A stretch of DNA of 64,000 nucleotides from Candidatus Multivoradales bacterium. Its GTDB lineage: Bacteria > Acidobacteriota > Thermoanaerobaculia > Multivoradales > JAHEKO01. The stretch lies in assembly GCA_965223155.1 (NCBI GenBank), contig CBDCVR010000013.1, forward strand, positions 256,001 through 320,000. The letters are read 5' to 3'. This document shows, one piece after another, positions 47,772-57,851 of the stretch (position 1 is the stretch's first letter; each line of letters begins with the position of its first letter). Position numbers and translations under genes: made by a program. The notes under the pieces are model-generated. The model was given only the letters and a program-made list of their open reading frames with translations. It was not told the DNA's origin and made no database searches.

Positions 47772-49064
47772 TCACCTGATACCGGGGATTCGTACCGCGG
47801 GGATGATCTCGTCGAGCAGGATCTGCTCCGGCATCCAGAAAAAGTCCGGGTCGTTGTACCCGCCGCACAGGATCACGACGAGGAGGTCGAGTGCGGGAAT
47901 GACGTAGATGCGCTGGCCACCATTCCCGGCGGCGGTATGGACCTCCAGCTCGGCGGAGTCCGTGCCGTAAAGATCGTGCCACCAGAGGTATCCGTAGCCG
48001 AATTCGCCGATCTCTTTCTCGCGTCCGGTCACGGCAAGACGCCGCCGCGTCGATTCGCTCACCCAGGATTCGGTCAGGATCTGCTCGCCGTTCCAGCGCC
48101 CGCCGCTGAGATACAGCGAGCCGAACTTTGCGAAGTCTCGCGCTGTCATCCAGACGTTTCCGCCGGGGTCCGAGTTTGTCGCCCAGGGCCGATCGCTCTC
48201 CCACGCGAGCTCGGGCACGGAGTCCCAGTTCGAATAGCTGGCCCATTCGACGTCTCGTATTCCCAGCGGTTCAAAGAGCAGTTCTCGGGCGTAGGCGCCG
48301 AAGGCCTTGTTCGTAGCACGTGCCACCGCGATACCCAGCATCGCGGGCAACCCGGAGTTGTAGTACCACTGCGTACCGGGAGTCGAGGCCATCGAGCGGC
48401 TGAACACGTAGGCTGCCGGGTCGTCGTGCGCAGTCGTTCGCTCTGCGTCGTTCGAAGGGTCGGTGTACGGCACCTCGAACTCGTTCCAGCGGAGCCCGGC
48501 ACTCATCATCAACGCGTGGCGGACGGTGATTGCACGTTTCTCCGGCGTAGCCAGCGAATCTAGTTCCGGGAAGTAGTCGAGCAGCGGGGTGTCGAGCGAC
48601 GGGATCGCTTGGCGATCGAGCGCGATTCCAACGACTGCCGAAGTGATGCTCTTCCCCACGGAGCGCGAGTCGTGCAGCGTGGTCCGGTCGAACTCGACGG
48701 TCACGGTCTCAAAACGCTCTCCATTCCAGCGCTTGTCTTCTCCCGTGAAATACGATTCGTACACGAGTTGGCCGCTCTTGGCGATCAGCACCGCATGGAC
48801 GTTCGGGTACCGCTCGCCCTGGCGCAGCGCTGCGGTCATGGAGTCGAGGCGTGAAACGTCGAGTCCCGCGTCGGACGCGGCACCAACGCCCCATCCATCG
48901 TCGGTCCTGGCAGGCGTCCAGGCGGCCTCGGGCGACGCCGCGGTCGGAGTGGGTGCCGAATTCTCGGTCGTTCCACAGCCCTGGGATGCCAGCAGACAGA
49001 GTGCAACCGCAGTTACCGTCCAGTGTCGGGGTGTCACCGTCGCAAGACGTCTTGCAGCTCTCAT
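47772..49064 (-). CDS. serine hydrolase, beta-lactamase/AmpC-like family lipoprotein
   Basis: Lipobox SQGC, SVGK (SxxK), YYNS, YGYLWW, AAGNGGQ. Confidence 0.9.
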   Translation of the reverse strand: MRAARRLATVTPRHWTVTAVALCLLASQGCGTTENSAPTPTAASPEAAWTPARTDDGWGVGAASDAGLDVSRLDSMTAALRQGERYPNVHAVLIAKSGQLVYESYFTGEDKRWNGERFETVTVEFDRTTLHDSRSVGKSITSAVVGIALDRQAIPSLDTPLLDYFPELDSLATPEKRAITVRHALMMSAGLRWNEFEVPYTDPSNDAERTTAHDDPAAYVFSRSMASTPGTQWYYNSGLPAMLGIAVARATNKAFGAYARELLFEPLGIRDVEWASYSNWDSVPELAWESDRPWATNSDPGGNVWMTARDFAKFGSLYLSGGRWNGEQILTESWVSESTRRRLAVTGREKEIGEFGYGYLWWHDLYGTDSAELEVHTAAGNGGQRIYVIPALDLLVVILCGGYNDPDFFWMPEQILLDEIIPAVRIPGIR

Positions 49065-49144
49065 GGTGCCGGTACTCTAGTCCCAGGAGCCAGTATTCCC
49101 AAGGAGAATCTGCGTGTCCTTGACCCTCGGAAGTCGACCATCTG

Positions 49145-49363
49145 AGAGTCAAACCTCGGACGCGGCGATCTCTTGGCGACAGAACAACGGAGAATGTCCT
49201 GGTCTTCGACTTCGACGGCGGCACGAATCTGGAGAACGCCGACCACTACTTCGGCGCAGCCAAGCTCACTCTGGACGGCGACCACCTCACCAGCGCCTGG
49301 ACCGCCTATGCGGGCAGCGAGAAAGCCGCCGGTATGACCTTTCACCTGGCGCGATCCGAGTAG
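49145..49363 (+). pseudogene. 5'-truncated gene remnant
   Basis: Frame with coding-like codon usage (ENVLVFDFDGGTNLENADHYF...DHLTSAWTAY...TFHLARSE*) and no start codon; 5' limit approximate. Confidence 0.5.
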
Positions 49364-49393
49364 TCCAGGTCGCCAACTCTTCAAGAGAGCAGC

Positions 49394-49429
49394 TAGTCAG
49401 GACGGCGAGATTCGAACTCGCGACCCCCT
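49394..49429 (-). pseudogene. degenerate tRNA-Pro 3' half (att-like), inverted relative to tRNA-Pro
   Basis: 33/36 identity to the reverse complement of 41521-41556; CCA changed to CTA. Confidence 0.85.
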
Positions 49430-49474
49430 ATGCCCGAAGCCGGAGACCGCTAAAACACCCTTCTCCAGCAGCTC

Positions 49475-50221
49475 CTAGTTGTACAACAGGTAGACCAGTG
49501 CCTGGCCGAGCGGAATCGTCGGCAACACGAGAGCTGCCACCAAGATGAAGATCATCAAGAGTGGTGCGCCCCATCGCACTACCCCGTGCACTCGTCCCAG
49601 CGTCCACCGATCGTAGAACATGACTATTCCCAGGAGTAAAGCCAGTCCACCGAGGCCATAGGCGGCCTCACTGAGCATCGGCGAAGGGCTGATTTGTAGC
49701 GACGGGGACCGACCGATACGCGCAAGCGCCTGGCCCATCATCGCAAGAGATGCGAGCATCATGAGCCTCATGTGAGCCTCACGATTGCGACGGTGCCAAA
49801 CGCCCAACGCGACAAAAGACGCGAAAGCGATTACGAGTATCAGGTTGCCCCACAAGAACTGGCTCGCCCGCTCGACGCTGCCACCGGATTCGCGAAACTC
49901 AAGAACACCGCGGTAGAGAATCGAGAGTCCTGAGAGGACCATCAAGCCGGCGAGAACGGCCCCCAGCCCGCCGAGGCGGCGGTGGAACCGACGTTGGCCC
50001 GCTTGAACTAGAACGCTCTGGACGATAAGCAGAACGAACCACGAGGTGAAGAGGACGCCGTGGAGCTTCGTTCGTAGCGGCAACTCAGGGCTGTTGAACG
50101 CGCCGCGCAGAAAGTACGTGGGCGCAAAGCCGATGATGTTGAGGGCTAGGAGCAGAACGGCGAACCAGAGGACGAACCGCTGAGCGGCCCCGTTGGGCAA
50201 ACTTCCCTGGGTGCTTGGCAT
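49475..50221 (-). CDS. polytopic membrane protein
   Basis: ATG 50221 with GGAGGA RBS; GFAPTYF, HG..F..W, HRRLG, HMRLM His pattern. Confidence 0.85.
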   Translation of the reverse strand: MPSTQGSLPNGAAQRFVLWFAVLLLALNIIGFAPTYFLRGAFNSPELPLRTKLHGVLFTSWFVLLIVQSVLVQAGQRRFHRRLGGLGAVLAGLMVLSGLSILYRGVLEFRESGGSVERASQFLWGNLILVIAFASFVALGVWHRRNREAHMRLMMLASLAMMGQALARIGRSPSLQISPSPMLSEAAYGLGGLALLLGIVMFYDRWTLGRVHGVVRWGAPLLMIFILVAALVLPTIPLGQALVYLLYN

Positions 50222-50387
50222 GACTCCTCCTGGTTTTGTCCGCCGGCCATCGTATCCCAGCGCACCCCCAGCCCCCTCCGAGATTCCTACCCTGGGTGAA
50301 TTCGGTGACAGGATACGTGAATTCGGTGACAGGATACATATTTCGAGTGTCCCCCTGCGGCCGGATTCTTCCCTTGAAATAGGTATC

Positions 50388-51750
50388 CTTCTATGAGTCG
50401 GTCGGTTGGCGTCAAGAGTTTCGTTTCTTCTTTTTGTAGTTTTCCTTAGGTTTTGGATCGAGGCTTGGGACGAGCTTCTATTCGCACTCTGTAGGGTTCT
50501 TCTTTGAACCGGTGCATGGTGAGTTTTGCGTCCGTTTAGGAATCGATGCTCCCATCTGTCACACGGTGTCGGGGCCACCAAGGATACTTTCGGAGTCATC
50601 GAACCTCTCAATCCGTCCTTGCTTGTTGGTCGTCTAGTTATCTCTTCTACGCTGCCTTGGGAAAGGCTCGGAAGCTCTCACCTGTCACCCACAGCCTGTG
50701 GAGCAACACCGCGATCTTCCTAGCTAGCGCGACCACGGCCTTGCCCTTACCCAGCCTCTCGACCAGGCCCTCAGCCCATCTCTTGAGTGACGACTCTTTG
50801 CGACAGTTCAACGCCGCATGAGCTGCCTGCACCAAGAGTCTGCGCATCTCCGAGTCGCCCTCGCGAGTGATCCGGCCCCTGACCTCATGCCCTCCTGAGC
50901 TGCGAAGCGACGGTCTCAAGCCCAGACACGCTCCGACGTCGCGGCTTTTCTCGAACCGATCCGGACGATCCATCCAGCCGACGAACGCAAGGCTCACCAG
51001 AGGCCCCACACCAGGAACCGTCTGCAGCCGACGGACCAGCTCGTTTGATCTCGACTCGGAGATGAGGTCGTCTTCGAGATGGTGGATCCGATCGGTCAGC
51101 TCGCCGATTGTCGTTACCAGAGGTTCGAGCGCTCCCAACAGGCCGGCTTCGACCGACATCGACGCGTACCGAGCCACGAAGCTCTTCGCCGGACATGAGG
51201 GCACTCGGTAGCCCTGTGCCCGCAGCGTTCCGCGTACGGAGTTGATCAGCGAGGTCCTGGTCTTCACCAGACTCGTTCGGACCCGAAGACGCGTCCGAAG
51301 CTCTTGGGCCTCACCTGTGCGCTGGTAGACTGGTCGAAGCAAACCCAGATCCAACCGGCTCAAACGAGCCAGGATCTCGGCGTCGATTCCGTCCGTCTTC
51401 AGGGTCGATTCCGCGATCAGACGTACCCGGCGTGGATTGACCACCATCACCTCATGGCCGAGCTCAGACAGCAGTCGATAGACCCAGGGTGTGACCGGAC
51501 CGCTCTCGAGCGTCACCTGCGAGCGTTCCCGATTGGCGAAGAACCTTCGCAGGCCCGTCTCGGTCGTCGGAACCCGCCGGCGAACCGTCACCTCACCGTC
51601 TTCTGATACGCCACACACCTCGCTGTACTTCGAGTGAACATCGATGCCAAGATACTCCATGGTCGGTCTCCTTTCTCGGCTCTGATGCCGATTCTTGGTT
51701 ATCTCCAACTGGCACAGTGTCCCAGCTGGAGACCGACCGACTCATCTCAT
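50388..51750 (-). mobile_element. IS110-family (IS1111 group) element, variant 2, copy b
   Basis: Near-identical reverse complement of 46284-47645 (one extra base in an A run); same target on the opposite strand. Confidence 0.95.
50647..51660 (-). CDS. IS110-family DEDD transposase/recombinase
   Basis: Protein identical to 46374-47387. Confidence 0.96.
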   Translation of the reverse strand: MEYLGIDVHSKYSEVCGVSEDGEVTVRRRVPTTETGLRRFFANRERSQVTLESGPVTPWVYRLLSELGHEVMVVNPRRVRLIAESTLKTDGIDAEILARLSRLDLGLLRPVYQRTGEAQELRTRLRVRTSLVKTRTSLINSVRGTLRAQGYRVPSCPAKSFVARYASMSVEAGLLGALEPLVTTIGELTDRIHHLEDDLISESRSNELVRRLQTVPGVGPLVSLAFVGWMDRPDRFEKSRDVGACLGLRPSLRSSGGHEVRGRITREGDSEMRRLLVQAAHAALNCRKESSLKRWAEGLVERLGKGKAVVALARKIAVLLHRLWVTGESFRAFPKAA

Positions 51751-51763
51751 CTGTCACCGGATT

Positions 51764-52576
51764 TCACGGCGGGCCTGAGTGACCCGCATCCGCGAGGTCG
51801 CGGGCCAGCAGCCGACGGACCTCGCCGGGCAGCCGGCCCTGGCCCAGGTCGTGGCAGAGCTCATGGGTCATCTCCAGGCTGCTGAAGAGAGCCTGGCACC
51901 GGATGCAAAGCTCCGAGTCGGGAACCGGGAAGGCCACGCCCCGATCGAGCGCTTCTTGCTTGCCGCGCAAGAGATCCAGGCAGACCGCGCGCGGATGGTC
52001 CGGCGGCGGAGCCGGTTGCCGGGGCAGCAGGGGATCCAGGACCTCGCGGAGTTGGAGCCGGGCGCGCCGCACCCGGGTCTTGAGCGTGGCTTCCTTGAGG
52101 CCCAGCACCTCCGCCACCTCATGGACGGACAGCTCGGCGATGTCCTTGAGGACCAAGGGCAGGCGGTATTCGAGGGGCAACTCGGTAAGCGCGCCGCTGA
52201 GCCGTTCTTCGGCTTCGTGGGCGATCGTGGCCCGGAGCGGATCGTCTCGTGCCAGAGCCGCGGCGACGTCGTCGCCGGACGGCAGCAGCTCTTCCAGCGA
52301 ACGAACGTGCGCCGGCTCGCCGGAGCGCCGGCGGTGCCGGCGGCGGCAGGCTCGAACCGCGATGGTGTAGAGCCAGCTCGTGGGCGCCGAGCGGCCCTGG
52401 AACTGGTCCCATTTCCGGTAGGCGTTCAGAAACGTCTCCTGGAGGAGATCGTACGCCTCGTCCTCGCTGCCGCAGACTCGGAGACCTAATCGGTAGAGCT
52501 TGGCTCCGTAGCGATCCAGAAGCAGCGGGATGGCGTGATCTGCGTCCAGTCCGACCAGCTCGTCGTGTGCCGCCAC
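51764..52576 (-). CDS. ECF sigma factor with Cys-rich C-terminal extension
   Basis: DLLQETFL, SWLYTIA, EVAEVLG...KTRVRRAR; tail C..LL...CIRC...C. Confidence 0.88.
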   Translation of the reverse strand: MAAHDELVGLDADHAIPLLLDRYGAKLYRLGLRVCGSEDEAYDLLQETFLNAYRKWDQFQGRSAPTSWLYTIAVRACRRRHRRRSGEPAHVRSLEELLPSGDDVAAALARDDPLRATIAHEAEERLSGALTELPLEYRLPLVLKDIAELSVHEVAEVLGLKEATLKTRVRRARLQLREVLDPLLPRQPAPPPDHPRAVCLDLLRGKQEALDRGVAFPVPDSELCIRCQALFSSLEMTHELCHDLGQGRLPGEVRRLLARDLADAGHSGPP

Positions 52577-52691
52577 CTGGCTAGTGTAGTGGGCTGCCGG
52601 GAGCGGGACAAGAAGATCGGCCCGTCGCGGCGGCTTTGGCCGATCCGCACCGTTGCGCTAGCGTCGAGAGGATGCCGGAGAATGGGACCTG

Positions 52692-53675
52692 ATGCCGAAG
52701 AAGCTCGCCGCCGTGGTGCTTGGCGTGGCTCTGGCCCTGGGCCTGGCCGAAGCCGGGTTGCGGGCCGCGGCCGGGCTGGGAGAGGCCGAGGCGGCACCCG
52801 TGTACCGGCCGATCGCGTCGGCGGATCCGGAGGTCTGGTCCGGCCGAACCTACAAGGTGCCCCGAGTGCGAATCCTGGTGGTCGGGGATTCCTTTACCTT
52901 CGGTTGGGGGGTCGGGGAGGAGGATGCCTATCCCAGCCGGCTGGTGCATGCCTTCAACAGCCGCCAGCGCGGGGTCGAGGTACTCTCTGTCAGCCGTCCC
53001 GGTTGGAACGCGCATGCCGAGCTCCAGGAGCTGCCCGCCCTCCTGGACGAGACGCTGCCGGACGTCTTGGTGGTAGGCCACTGCCTGAACGACGCCGAGT
53101 ACTATCCGACCGGCCGGATGTTGGAGGATCGGCCCGAGCTTCGGCCGTGGCGGCCGTCGGGTCTCGAGGCGCGGCTGGCGGCGGCGAGCGTCCTCTACCG
53201 GCGGCTGCGGTTGGCGAGCGACGGTCTGCGCTTGACGCCCCGTCTGCGCGGCTACTACCTGGGTCTGTATGAGGACGCCAAGGGAACCCGCCGCTGGCGG
53301 CGCTCGCTCCGGCTGATGGCGCGCCACGCCCGGGAGCGCGGCATCGCGCCGGTGCTCGCGTCGTTTCCGATCTTCGATTCCGATCTGGACTCGGACTACG
53401 CCTATCGCGGCCTTCACGACATCGTGGTCGATGAAGGGGAGGCCGCCGGGTTCCACGTTCTGGATCTCCTTGCCGCGTACGAGGGCCGGCCGGGCCGGTC
53501 GCTGGCGGTGACTCCCTTCACCGACCCCCATCCGAGCCGGATCGCCCATGCCGTCGCCGCCGAGACCTTGGCCGAGTTTCTGGTGGAGAAGGGGCTCCTG
53601 GCACCGGCGCCGCACTCGCCCTGGTTCGGGGTCGACGAGGCGGGCCAGGCTCCGGAACCGGCCGCAGTCCGTTGA
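52692..53675 (+). CDS. SGNH/GDSL hydrolase family protein
   Basis: GDSFTFG, PGWN, CLND, DPHP. Confidence 0.88.
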   Translation: MPKKLAAVVLGVALALGLAEAGLRAAAGLGEAEAAPVYRPIASADPEVWSGRTYKVPRVRILVVGDSFTFGWGVGEEDAYPSRLVHAFNSRQRGVEVLSVSRPGWNAHAELQELPALLDETLPDVLVVGHCLNDAEYYPTGRMLEDRPELRPWRPSGLEARLAAASVLYRRLRLASDGLRLTPRLRGYYLGLYEDAKGTRRWRRSLRLMARHARERGIAPVLASFPIFDSDLDSDYAYRGLHDIVVDEGEAAGFHVLDLLAAYEGRPGRSLAVTPFTDPHPSRIAHAVAAETLAEFLVEKGLLAPAPHSPWFGVDEAGQAPEPAAVR

Positions 53676-53700
53676 CCCCCCTGGGGGGCGCTCGTATACT
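53672..53700 (+). promoter_or_regulatory. putative sigma70 promoter for nusB-leuS-lptE
   Basis: TTGACC-N17-TATACT. Confidence 0.65.
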
Positions 53701-53811
53701 GCCGTCTCTTTCACGCGTCGGCCCCGCACCGAGCTCGGCGAAACGTCTCGCGGTCTCGATGGGCGGGCGGCCGGCGCGCGAGCGTTCCTTGAGAGACGAC
53801 GGCACGGACTG

Positions 53812-54285
53812 ATGAGCCCCAGACGCAAAGGCCGTGAGTTGGCCATTCAGGCCCTGTACCAGTGCGACCTGGGGAAGGCCGACGTCGAGGAGGCGCTCGC
53901 TTCCTTCCGTCCGGCGGAGTACGGCTCCGACGACGGCGAGGCAGTCGAGACCGAGGACGGCCGGCAGAGCAAGGGCACGAAGCGAGCCTTCGAGTATGCC
54001 CAGCGGCTGGCGCGGGGGGCGACCGAACACAGGGATTCGATCGACGCCTTGATCCGGGAGCAGGCCGAGCACTGGCGCCTGGAGCGCATGCCGGCGGTGG
54101 ATCGGAACATCCTGCGCCTGGCGGTCTACGAGTTTCTGCACGAGCCGGACGTTCCCAAGCTCGTCGTCGTGGATGAGGCCATCGAGCTGGCCAAGAAGTT
54201 CGGGTCGGATGACTCCGGCCGGTTCGTCAACGGCTTGCTGGACGGCCTCCTCAAGAAGCGCGCGTTTCCGGGAGTGATGAGCTGA
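53812..54285 (+). CDS. nusB: transcription antitermination factor NusB
   Basis: [38 protein letters not shown]. Confidence 0.96.
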   Translation: MSPRRKGRELAIQALYQCDLGKADVEEALASFRPAEYGSDDGEAVETEDGRQSKGTKRAFEYAQRLARGATEHRDSIDALIREQAEHWRLERMPAVDRNILRLAVYEFLHEPDVPKLVVVDEAIELAKKFGSDDSGRFVNGLLDGLLKKRAFPGVMS

Positions 54286-56756
54286 TGCACTACGACCACA
54301 AGACCGTCGAGGCGAAATGGCAGAAGCGCTGGCAGAAGCGCCGCGTCGCCGAGATCGACCTGTCGGACCCGAAGAACAAGTTCTACATGCTGATGATGTT
54401 CCCGTATCCGTCGGGAGATCGGCTGCACGTGGGGCACGGCCGGAACTACATTCTGGGAGACGCGCTGTACCGGTTTCTGCGCATGCGCGGGAAGCGGCCC
54501 TTGAACCCGATGGGCTGGGACTCGTTCGGCCTGCCGGCCGAGAACGCGGCGATCGCCCGCCAGGTGCATCCCCGGGACTGGACCCTCGGCAACATCGAGG
54601 TGATGACCGAGCAGTTCAAGAAGTGGGGCATCCTCTACGACTGGTCGAAGGAGGTCACCTCCTGCCAGCCCGACTACTACCGCTGGAACCAGTGGCTGTT
54701 CCTGCGCATGCTGGAGAAGGGCCTCGCCTACAAGAAGAAGGCGCCCGTCAACTGGTGCCCGAGCTGCCAGACCGTGCTGGCCAACGAGCAGGTCGCGGAC
54801 GGCCGTTGCGACCGATGCCGGTCCGAGGTCGTCCAGAAGGACCTGGAGCAGTGGTTCTGGAAGATCACGGACTACGCCGAGCGGCTGCTGGCCGGCCTGA
54901 ACGAGCTGGAGGGCTGGCCGGAGCGGGTCAAGGTCATGCAGCGCAACTGGATCGGCCGCTCCGAGGGCGCCGAGCTGGATTTCGAGATTCCGGCGATCGG
55001 GGAGACCTTGACGGTCTTCACCACCCGGCCGGACACCGTCCATGGCGCCACGTTCATGGTCCTGGCCCCGGAGCATCCCTGGGTGGAGCGCTTGCTCGAG
55101 GGCAATCCCGAGGCCGCCGAGGTCTCCGCCTGGATCGAGAAGATCCGCAACACGCCCCGCATCGAGCGCGAGGGCGAGGGGGTGGAGAAGGAGGGCCGGG
55201 ACACGGGTGCCGTCGCCGTCAACCCGGCCACGGGCGAGGAGATCCCGATCTGGATCGCCAACTACGTGCTGCCGGACTATGGCACCGGCTCGATCATGGC
55301 GGTGCCGGCGCACGACGCCCGGGACCTGGCCTTCGCCCGTCAGGAAGACCTGGCGGTGCGCCTGGTCTACGTCCCCGAGGGCGCCGACGTGGCCGAGCTC
55401 GAGGCGACGATCCAGGAGCCGATTCTGCACGACGGCACGATGCGGAACGCTGGGCCCTTCGACGGCCGCGCGGCCGAGTCCGGCGTCATTCCGGACTTCA
55501 TCGCCTGGACCGAGGAGCAGGGCTTCGGCCGAGCCCGGGTCACCTACCGGCTGCGGGACTGGCTCATCTCACGCCAGCGCTACTGGGGAACGCCGATTCC
55601 GGTCGTGTACTGCGAGGGCTGCGGCATCGTCCCGGTGCCCGAAGACGAGCTGCCGGTTACCTTGCCTTACGACGTCGAGTTCACCGGCAAGCGCGGCAAT
55701 CCCCTGGCACGGTCCGACGAGTTTCTGCGCGCGAGCTGTCCCGAGTGCGGCGGCGAGGCCCGGCGCGAGACCGACACCATGGACACCTTCGTGGATAGCT
55801 CCTGGTACTACTTGCGGTATCTGTCGGCCAAGGACGACAGCCAGATCTTCAACGTCGAGACCGCCAAGGAATGGATGCCGGTCGATCAGTACATCGGCGG
55901 CATCGAGCACGCGATCCTGCATCTGCTCTACGCGCGCTTCGTCTGCCGGGTGCTCTTTGATTTCGGTCTGGCGCCGGTCGAGGAGCCGTTCCGGAACCTC
56001 TTCAATCAGGGGATGATCACGCGCTACGCCGAGGCCAGCGGCCGGATCGAGAAGATGTCGAAGTCGCGTGGCAACACGGTATCGCCCGATGAGCTGATCG
56101 AGGAGATGGGAGCCGACACCGAGCGGGTCTACACGCTCTTTCTGGGTCCGCCCGAAGACGAGGTCGAGTGGAACGACGAGGCGGTCTCGGGCGCCTATCG
56201 ATTCCTGAATCGGACCTGGCGCCTCCAGGAGCGGCTGGCCGAGGTGCCGCCCAACGGCCTCGACGATGCATCACTCGAGCGCGCGGTCCATCAGACCATC
56301 GAACGGGTCACCCGCGATCTCGAGAAGTTCAAGTTCAACACCGCGATCGCGGCTCTGATGGAGCTCATCAATGCCCTGTCCAAAGCGATCGAGACGAGTT
56401 CGGCTTCCAAGCGAGTCTGCGACGAGGCCTACGACGTCCTGATCCGGCTGCTGCATCCGATGGCGCCGCACCTGACCGAGGAGCTCTGGGAGCTGCGCGG
56501 GCATCCCGACTCCCTGCTCGAAACCGACTGGCCGAGCTTCGACGCCGCCAAGCTTGAAACCCAGTCGGTGACCCTGGTGATCCAGATCGACGGCAAGCTG
56601 CGCGACCGGATTACGGTGGCCGCCGACGCCGGCGGTGACGAGATCCGGGAGCTGGTCTTGGCGAACGAGACCGTACAGCGGTACCTGGAGGGAAGGGATC
56701 CCGCCAAATTCATCCACGTTCCCGGTAGACTGGTGAACCTGGTAACGCCCCGTTGA
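54285..56756 (+). CDS. leuS: leucine--tRNA ligase
   Basis: MFPYPSG..HVGH, DTMDTF, KMSKS. Confidence 0.98.
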   Translation: MHYDHKTVEAKWQKRWQKRRVAEIDLSDPKNKFYMLMMFPYPSGDRLHVGHGRNYILGDALYRFLRMRGKRPLNPMGWDSFGLPAENAAIARQVHPRDWTLGNIEVMTEQFKKWGILYDWSKEVTSCQPDYYRWNQWLFLRMLEKGLAYKKKAPVNWCPSCQTVLANEQVADGRCDRCRSEVVQKDLEQWFWKITDYAERLLAGLNELEGWPERVKVMQRNWIGRSEGAELDFEIPAIGETLTVFTTRPDTVHGATFMVLAPEHPWVERLLEGNPEAAEVSAWIEKIRNTPRIEREGEGVEKEGRDTGAVAVNPATGEEIPIWIANYVLPDYGTGSIMAVPAHDARDLAFARQEDLAVRLVYVPEGADVAELEATIQEPILHDGTMRNAGPFDGRAAESGVIPDFIAWTEEQGFGRARVTYRLRDWLISRQRYWGTPIPVVYCEGCGIVPVPEDELPVTLPYDVEFTGKRGNPLARSDEFLRASCPECGGEARRETDTMDTFVDSSWYYLRYLSAKDDSQIFNVETAKEWMPVDQYIGGIEHAILHLLYARFVCRVLFDFGLAPVEEPFRNLFNQGMITRYAEASGRIEKMSKSRGNTVSPDELIEEMGADTERVYTLFLGPPEDEVEWNDEAVSGAYRFLNRTWRLQERLAEVPPNGLDDASLERAVHQTIERVTRDLEKFKFNTAIAALMELINALSKAIETSSASKRVCDEAYDVLIRLLHPMAPHLTEELWELRGHPDSLLETDWPSFDAAKLETQSVTLVIQIDGKLRDRITVAADAGGDEIRELVLANETVQRYLEGRDPAKFIHVPGRLVNLVTPR

Positions 56757-56790
56757 GATGCCCAGAGACGTTGTAGACGAAAGGCCCCGA

Positions 56791-57339
56791 ATGCGCCTGA
56801 CCTCGAAGTTGACCTCGAACCTGGCCTCGAACCTGGCCGCCGTGCTGGTGGTGGCTTCCATGCTCGTCGGCTGCGGTTACGCCCTGGTCGGCAAGACCAG
56901 CTCGCTGCCTGAAGACATCCAGGAGATCTACGTCGAGGCCCTGGTCAACCAGACCCGCCGCGCGCAGCTCGAACAGGTGCTGTCCCGAGCCATCGCCGAT
57001 GAGTTCGTCAAGCGCCGCAGGTTCGTGATGGTGAGCTCGGCGGCCGAGGCCGACGCGGTTCTGGGGGGCACGGTCACGAGCTTTTCGGCGCGCCCGGTAT
57101 CGTTCGCCGGCACCGAGGGACGGGCCCGTGAGTTCGAGATCGTGATCGGGGCGAAGATGCGCTTTACCCGAACCGACAACGACGAAGTGCTCTGGAAGCA
57201 GGACGCCTATCAGTTCCGCGAGCTCTACGAGGCCGACATCTCGGCGGAAGAGTTCTTCAGCCGCGAAGACCAGGCGATCGAGGAGGTCGCGGTGAAGTTC
57301 GCCGAGACTCTCATCATCGACGTCCTCGAAGGGTTCTAG
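56791..57339 (+). CDS. lptE: LPS assembly lipoprotein LptE family
   Basis: Lipobox LVGCGY; position after leuS; start uncertain. Confidence 0.8.
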   Translation: MRLTSKLTSNLASNLAAVLVVASMLVGCGYALVGKTSSLPEDIQEIYVEALVNQTRRAQLEQVLSRAIADEFVKRRRFVMVSSAAEADAVLGGTVTSFSARPVSFAGTEGRAREFEIVIGAKMRFTRTDNDEVLWKQDAYQFRELYEADISAEEFFSREDQAIEEVAVKFAETLIIDVLEGF

Positions 57340-57460
57340 CCGGAGCTTCGAAGAGCGCCTAGCGCCCGGGCCCGCATCCAGCGGCCGGGGAACGCGCGCC
57401 CCCGCTCGGAGGCTGCGTACGTACGGTGTCTCGCTACGATCGAGCGAGGCGGTTCGAAGA

Positions 57461-57721
57461 CTAGAGCTTGGCGACCGCTTGCGTCAGGCGGGACTTGGTG
57501 CGGGCGGCGGCATTCGCGTGAATGACGCCCTTTTGCGCGGTGGAATCGATGAGGGACAGGGTGCCGGGCAGGAGCTCGGCGGCACGGTCCTTGTCGTTGG
57601 CTTCGATCGCCTTGCGCAGGGTCTTGACCGAGGTGCGCATGCGCCCCTTGAGGGAACGGTTGCGCTCGCGATTGGTTTCGGCCTGGCGGATTCTCTTTTC
57701 GGTGGACGGATTGTTGGCCAT
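57461..57721 (-). CDS. rpsT: 30S ribosomal protein S20
   Basis: MANNPSTEKRIRQ...KGVIHANAAARTKSRL. Confidence 0.97.
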   Translation of the reverse strand: MANNPSTEKRIRQAETNRERNRSLKGRMRTSVKTLRKAIEANDKDRAAELLPGTLSLIDSTAQKGVIHANAAARTKSRLTQAVAKL

Positions 57722-57851
57722 AGCGGATTCTCTTGATCTGGGTGATCTCGGTGATCGGGGCGAAACTTTGTGTTTGGGAAGGCGCTCTACGGGACGGCCC
57801 GCTAGCGCTCGCGGACTCTAGCGCGGGCGGGGAAACGGCGTCAAGAAGGCG

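Larger units (their letters stand above)
50296..51765. repeat. palindromic repeat family A, copy 3 (left arm tandemly duplicated; right arm interrupted by IS)
   Basis: GTGAATTCGGTGACAGGATAC x2 (50296-50337), spacer, GTATC^[IS]CTGTCACCGGATTTC. Confidence 0.9.

Noticed and set aside
47772-49064. Antibiotic-resistance beta-lactamase
   Set aside because: Has SxxK but lacks the KTG triad; more likely an esterase/amidase of the same fold
49394-49470. Functional second tRNA-Pro
   Set aside because: 5' acceptor strand and anticodon stem do not pair and CCA is mutated
49475-50611. 378-aa ORF extending into the IS
   Set aside because: The extension reads through the IS end and repeat A; ATG 50221 has a strong RBS
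46284-51750. Inversion or composite transposon formed by the two inverted IS copies
   Set aside because: Each copy's flanks rejoin correctly as a left arm (AATTCGGTGACAG^GATACATAT) or a right arm (AATCCGGTGACAG^GATACCTAT), so independent insertions into opposite arms explain the orientation
45075-51765. Family A repeats as a CRISPR array
   Set aside because: Units are ~80-bp inverted doublets separated by kilobases of genes, with no regular spacers and no cas genes
45075-51765. Family A repeats as integron attC sites
   Set aside because: No RYYYAAC/GTTRRRY ends, arms are perfect rather than bulged, and no intI is present
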